Source: Clostridia bacterium (GTDB lineage: Bacteria; Bacillota; Clostridia; Christensenellales; CAG-917). Taken from it: a stretch of 64,000 nucleotides of DNA. The stretch is taken from the NCBI GenBank assembly GCA_045613765.1, contig JAZLBO010000016.1, positions 40,265 through 104,264 of the forward strand. Reading direction: 5' to 3'. Of this stretch, positions 59,564-64,000 are shown one piece after another. Each line of letters begins with the position of its first letter. Position 1 is the stretch's first letter. Both the position numbers and the translations under genes were made by a program. The notes beneath the pieces are model-generated. The model searched no databases. It saw only the letters and a program-made list of their open reading frames with translations, and was not told the DNA's origin.

Positions 59564-60799
59564 ATGAAAACACAAAATCGACTTAATTTGAATTGCAGAT
59601 TTTTCAAAAATAATAACAAAAATCCCCATCAAAATTTAATCAAAATCACGTTGGTTTGCGCAATGATACTTGTATTTTGCGCAGTGATTTTTGTCAATGT
59701 TTTACCTATAGGTAAAAATATCGCTTGTGCAGATGAAATTTCAGTGTCTGGTAAGGCTTGTTATCTTGTTGACACAGTCACAGGGACAGAGATGTATCAA
59801 AAGGATGCAGACAAAAGATTGCCCATTGCAAGTATGGTCAAAATTATGACATCACTTATTGCTTTTGAAGCAGTAGAAAGAGGGGATCTTTCCCTTGATG
59901 AAATGGTGTCAGTTAGCGAGGAATCTGCCAGTATGGGTGGATCACAAGTTTTTCTTGATGCAGGAAAGAAATATAAGGCAAGAGAATTGCTGAAATCCAT
60001 TGTTGTTGCATCTGCAAATGACAGTTGTGTGGCTATTGCAGAAAGGTTGTCGGGCAGTGTTGACGGTTTTGTAAATGATATGAACAAAAGAGCCAAGGAA
60101 CTTGGTATGACAAACACTCATTTTGCAAACTGCACAGGTTTGCCTGCTCCGGAAAACTATTCAAGCGCAAAAGACGTTTCAATTATGTTTAGACAACTGA
60201 TAAAGCACCCTGTATATTTCCAATTTGCAGGAATATGGCTTGAAGATTTTGTTCATCCAGATGGCCGTACAACGTCAATGACAAACACCAACAAACTTGT
60301 CAAGTTTTATGACGGTTGTGACGGTGGCAAAACAGGGTTTACAAGCGAGGCAAAATTCTGCTTGTCTGCAACGGCAGAGCGCAATGGTTTGCGAGTGGTG
60401 GCAGTTGTCATTGGTGCAGATAGTTCAAAGGAAAGATTTAGCGCAGTGAGCAACCTATTTGGCTACGCATTTTCAAACTACACATCAACGGTTATTCAAC
60501 CCAAAGGACAAGATATTGAAAACTCTATAAGAGTTGTTGGTGGCAAGGAAAAGACAATATCCATTGCAATGCAGGAAGATGTCAAAACACTTGTAAAAAG
60601 GGGAGATGACGGCGAGTATGAATTGCACTACAAATTGCCCGACAAAGTCAAAGCACCCATCAAGGTTGGGGATGAAGTTGGCAAGGCGTACTTGACAAGA
60701 AACGGCGAAGTTGTAAAAGAATATTCTGTCGTATGCAACAAGGATGTTGAAAAGGGCAATTTCTTTGACCTTTTGAAAGGTCTTGGCGAAAAGTGGTAA
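59564..60799 (+). CDS. dacF: D-alanyl-D-alanine carboxypeptidase (DacF-like)
   Basis: ASMVK, MGGSQVFL, SAND, NTNKL, GKTG. Confidence 0.88.
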   Translation: MKTQNRLNLNCRFFKNNNKNPHQNLIKITLVCAMILVFCAVIFVNVLPIGKNIACADEISVSGKACYLVDTVTGTEMYQKDADKRLPIASMVKIMTSLIAFEAVERGDLSLDEMVSVSEESASMGGSQVFLDAGKKYKARELLKSIVVASANDSCVAIAERLSGSVDGFVNDMNKRAKELGMTNTHFANCTGLPAPENYSSAKDVSIMFRQLIKHPVYFQFAGIWLEDFVHPDGRTTSMTNTNKLVKFYDGCDGGKTGFTSEAKFCLSATAERNGLRVVAVVIGADSSKERFSAVSNLFGYAFSNYTSTVIQPKGQDIENSIRVVGGKEKTISIAMQEDVKTLVKRGDDGEYELHYKLPDKVKAPIKVGDEVGKAYLTRNGEVVKEYSVVCNKDVEKGNFFDLLKGLGEKW

Positions 60800-60995
60800 T
60801 ATAGACTGAACGATATAATCAAATGTGCTCAAAGTGGGATATAATCCCCCTTTGGGCATTTTTATTTTGACTTTGTGAAAAAAGTGTGCTAAAATATCTC
60901 TACCTATGCGTGTGTGAGCGTAAAAACGTGCATGTGCTTGCTTGCACGAAACATACGGCAAGGCAAAAGATAAAATCTTCTTCCAGAGTGGACAA

Positions 60996-61910
60996 ATGGA
61001 AAATATTGAAAACCAAATCACTAGTGATTTGACTGTCAACGACGGTCAAGAAATAATCAAGGAAGACAACGTAACTGAGCAAAGCACTCAAGTTATTTTG
61101 CCTACAGAAAATCCTGTCACCGATGCAGAGTTTTTTACTGTACACTCAACAGTTGTCTATCATATCAGCGACTTCGATGGCCCTATTGATATGCTTCTTG
61201 AACTTGTCAAGAGCGCAAAAATTCGTATTGAAGATATTTTCATCAGTGAAGTCACCAAGCAATACGTTGAAATCATCAAAGCAACCCCAAGAGAAGAACT
61301 TGACTATGAATACGCAGGGGAGTTTATCACTTTTGCTGCAGAACTCGTCTATCTCAAGTCATTGAGAACATTGCCCAAAGAAGAAGATGATGCCGTTGAA
61401 GATGAATGTGATGAAAGAACAGCATTTATCAACAAGATCAAGGAATATGCGCTTCTCAAAGAGCAGGCAGACAAGATGCGCGATATGGAAACAATCAACC
61501 GTTTCGTCCGTGAGCCTGTGTTCACCGACAAGGATTATAGGGTTTGTCTTACAAACTTCTCACTGCCAAAACTGGTCGAAGCATTTGCAAGAGTCCTTGC
61601 CAACTCTGAAAGAGCAGTCCGTGACGCCCTTCCCAAAAAGGTTGTCAAAGATAGGTTCTCGGTCAATGAGCAAATGAACAACATCAAGGAACTCATTTAC
61701 TATCACGGCTCATTTGATTTTGAATTCTTGTTTGAGCCTGATTTTGACAGGGGGGACATTGTCATAACCTTCCTTGCAGTCCTTGAACTTATGAAGTACG
61801 GCATAATCACTGCAACACAAGACGAAGCATTTGGAAAGATAATTCTCTACAAAGTAGAGGGAAACGAAGATATAGCAATCGAGGAGAGCCAAGATGGAGA
61901 ATATAAATAA
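60996..61910 (+). CDS. scpA: Segregation and condensation protein A
   Basis: FDGPIDMLL.LV, A.L...KS...LP, TFLAVLELMK. Confidence 0.9.
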   Translation: MENIENQITSDLTVNDGQEIIKEDNVTEQSTQVILPTENPVTDAEFFTVHSTVVYHISDFDGPIDMLLELVKSAKIRIEDIFISEVTKQYVEIIKATPREELDYEYAGEFITFAAELVYLKSLRTLPKEEDDAVEDECDERTAFINKIKEYALLKEQADKMRDMETINRFVREPVFTDKDYRVCLTNFSLPKLVEAFARVLANSERAVRDALPKKVVKDRFSVNEQMNNIKELIYYHGSFDFEFLFEPDFDRGDIVITFLAVLELMKYGIITATQDEAFGKIILYKVEGNEDIAIEESQDGEYK

Positions 61911-62592
61911 TGTTGTTGAGGCAATAATTTTTTCAAGCGGTCAACCTATCGCAAAGAAAGATTTGTGCGAAAAAATCCCCGAACTCACCACACAAGAACT
62001 CAATAAAATAGTCAAGGAACTTCAAAAGAAGTACAGTGAAGAATGTGGTATTTTGCTTGTTGAATTCAACGGCAAACTTCAATTTACGTCAAATCCTCGC
62101 TACGGCGACGTGGTTGCAGATATTCTTACACCTCTCAAAGAAAAATCTTTGACCAAGACACTTCTCGAAGTTCTTGCCACAATCGCATACAAGCAACCTA
62201 TCACAAAACTTGAGATAGAAGATATGCGTGGTGGTGTCAACAGTGAATACGCCATCACAGGACTTTTGAAAGCAGGTCTTATTGAAGCAGTTGGCAGAAA
62301 GAAAGCAGTGGGCAATCCTATCTTGTACGGCACAACAGACGAGTTTTTGAAGAAATTTGAAATCACTTCACTTGAAGATCTTCCCGATCTTGTTGAAGTT
62401 ATGGAAAAAATCCAACTCATCTATGCACCCCCTCAAGAATCATTGTTCTCAACACGTACAATCATTGGCGAAGACGGAGAAGAAATTGAAATTATCGAAG
62501 AAATCGCCACAGACAATGAAGATATGGAAGACGCATTTGATGAAGAACTTCCTGAATTCCTTGAAGGAGAAGAATTCACTGTCTTTGAATAA
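61894..62592 (+). CDS. scpB: Segregation and condensation protein B
   Basis: EAIIF, LEVLATIAYKQPIT..EIE..RG, G.P.LYGTT..FL..F...SLEDLP. Confidence 0.93.
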   Translation: MENINNVVEAIIFSSGQPIAKKDLCEKIPELTTQELNKIVKELQKKYSEECGILLVEFNGKLQFTSNPRYGDVVADILTPLKEKSLTKTLLEVLATIAYKQPITKLEIEDMRGGVNSEYAITGLLKAGLIEAVGRKKAVGNPILYGTTDEFLKKFEITSLEDLPDLVEVMEKIQLIYAPPQESLFSTRTIIGEDGEEIEIIEEIATDNEDMEDAFDEELPEFLEGEEFTVFE

Positions 62593-62704
62593 TGAGCATT
62601 TGTCGTTGCAAAAAATTGGGACCGATGTCCCAATTTTTATAATATGAAATACTTATTGTATGTTGATTTGTTTTTCAAAATCATCATTCAAATGGAGTAA
62701 GTTT

Positions 62705-64000
62705 ATGAAACGTAAATTTTTCCCATCATTTATAACAACAATTTTGGTGGTTACAGTCACGTGTTTGTCATGCTGTGCCTTGTTTGTAGGTTGTGACCGA
62801 AACGGACATGAGCATATTTTTGCAGAATATGTATCCAACAATGATGCAACATTTTTTAAGGATGGATCAAAGACTGCAAAATGTGAGTTTGAAGATTGCG
62901 ATGCACTCGATACACGTGTTGACGAAGGCTCACAAATTATGACTGAATTGCCCATTTTCAGTATTAATACTGAAGGAAGTGTGGGTATTACATCAAAAGA
63001 TGACTATGTAAAGTGCAGTGTAAGTCTGTCAAATACAGATTATGAGTTTGCTTTTACAGACCTTGAGGCAAAAATCAAGGGTAGAGGCAATAGCACTTGG
63101 AGAGCACCTAAAAAGCCCTATAAACTCAAGTTTGATAAAAAGGTTGATTTGTTTGGCAATGGTGCTGCAAAAACATGGACAATCCTTGCAAATTATTACG
63201 ATAAGAGCCAAATAAGAAATTATCTTGCATTTGGTGTGGCAAGTTTGTTTGACAGCCAAAGCGCTTGCACGGCAACACATTTTGTCAACTTGTTTGTCAA
63301 CAATGAGTTCTACGGTGTTTACTTGATTGCAGAGCAAATTGAAGTTGATGACACCAGAATAGATGTTGATGAAAGTTATTCTACCATTGACACCGGCTAC
63401 TTGGTTGAGTTGGACGGCAGAGCAAGAGAAGAAGGTGTGTTGGACAAGGATTATTTCAATTTGAACGGCTTAGATTACGCAATTAAGTCACCCGACACAG
63501 AAGACGAGGACTTTACTGTTGAACATGTCAACTTTATAAAATCATACATGGCAGACGTCATGGAACTGTTTGGCGAAGACAAAGACTGGGATGAACTTTG
63601 CCAACTTATAGATGTGAGATCATTTGCAGAAAACTATATTGTAGAAGAAGTTTTCCACAATGCAGACGTTCGTTTCTCAAGTTTCTATATGTACAAAGAG
63701 GCACAAGGCAAGTTGTATGCAGGACCTGTGTGGGACTTTGATTTGAGTTCTGGCTTCTATATGTATGATATACCCGATTATTACTACAATGCTGAAGCAC
63801 ACTATGCTTGCAAAGTCAATGTTTGGTATGAAGGCTTGATGAAGTATGATGAATTCAAGCAACTTGTTGCACAGATCTTGGATGAAAAAGCAGAAGAAAT
63901 TGCAGAAAAGATCAACGAACTTACAACACTTGTGTTGTCACTCGAATCATCTTTTGTAAATGAATTTATGGTTTGGGAACAAAGTTCAATAGGTTGGAAT
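62705..64000 (+). CDS. CotH kinase family lipoprotein (truncated by window edge; absent from the ORF track)
   Basis: Signal peptide with lipobox FVGC; KGRGNSTW..PKKPY.LKF, W.ILANY.D.S..RN, GPVWDFD; frame open to base 64000. Confidence 0.9.
   Translation, partial: MKRKFFPSFITTILVVTVTCLSCCALFVGCDRNGHEHIFAEYVSNNDATFFKDGSKTAKCEFEDCDALDTRVDEGSQIMTELPIFSINTEGSVGITSKDDYVKCSVSLSNTDYEFAFTDLEAKIKGRGNSTWRAPKKPYKLKFDKKVDLFGNGAAKTWTILANYYDKSQIRNYLAFGVASLFDSQSACTATHFVNLFVNNEFYGVYLIAEQIEVDDTRIDVDESYSTIDTGYLVELDGRAREEGVLDKDYFNLNGLDYAIKSPDTEDEDFTVEHVNFIKSYMADVMELFGEDKDWDELCQLIDVRSFAENYIVEEVFHNADVRFSSFYMYKEAQGKLYAGPVWDFDLSSGFYMYDIPDYYYNAEAHYACKVNVWYEGLMKYDEFKQLVAQILDEKAEEIAEKINELTTLVLSLESSFVNEFMVWEQSSIGWN

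Noticed and set aside
62653..63862. Minus-strand ORFs at the right end
   Set aside because: Shadows of the plus-strand CotH ORF that runs off the window.

Overview
64 kb of AT-rich chromosome from a spore-forming Clostridia-class Firmicute, probably an uncultured gut lineage (inference). It is mostly core genes: nth, nfnAB/glt pair, obgE, nadD-yqeK/rsfS, tsaE/tsaB/rimI, murF/ddl, yggS-sepF-lspA-rluD, rqcH, tig-clpPX-engB, a reduced dcw cluster (mraZ to ftsZ), and the sporulation genes spoIIGA-sigE-sigG, sigK, spoIVB, spoIIM, dacF, then scpAB and a CotH kinase cut by the right edge. It has three tRNAs and an FMN riboswitch, and no transposase, integrase or CRISPR. The most unusual part is non-coding, at 6.2-12.3 kb. 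There is a 4-copy array of ~122-bp palindromic units after obgE. Homologous tRNA-linked repeat units follow tRNA-Leu and tRNA-Lys; each carries a duplicated tRNA 3' end plus an antisense copy of its own tRNA's T-arm. A compositionally foreign one-gene cassette bounded by 21-bp inverted repeats sits inside the tRNA-Leu array. Other oddities: a RibU-TsaE fusion under an FMN riboswitch, a receiver-less Spo0A C-terminal protein at the spo0A position, many apparently leaderless genes, strong AGCT avoidance, a candidate switch-like ncRNA at 37.4 kb, and a probable frameshift in a MazG-like gene. All calls are by eye; no searches were run.
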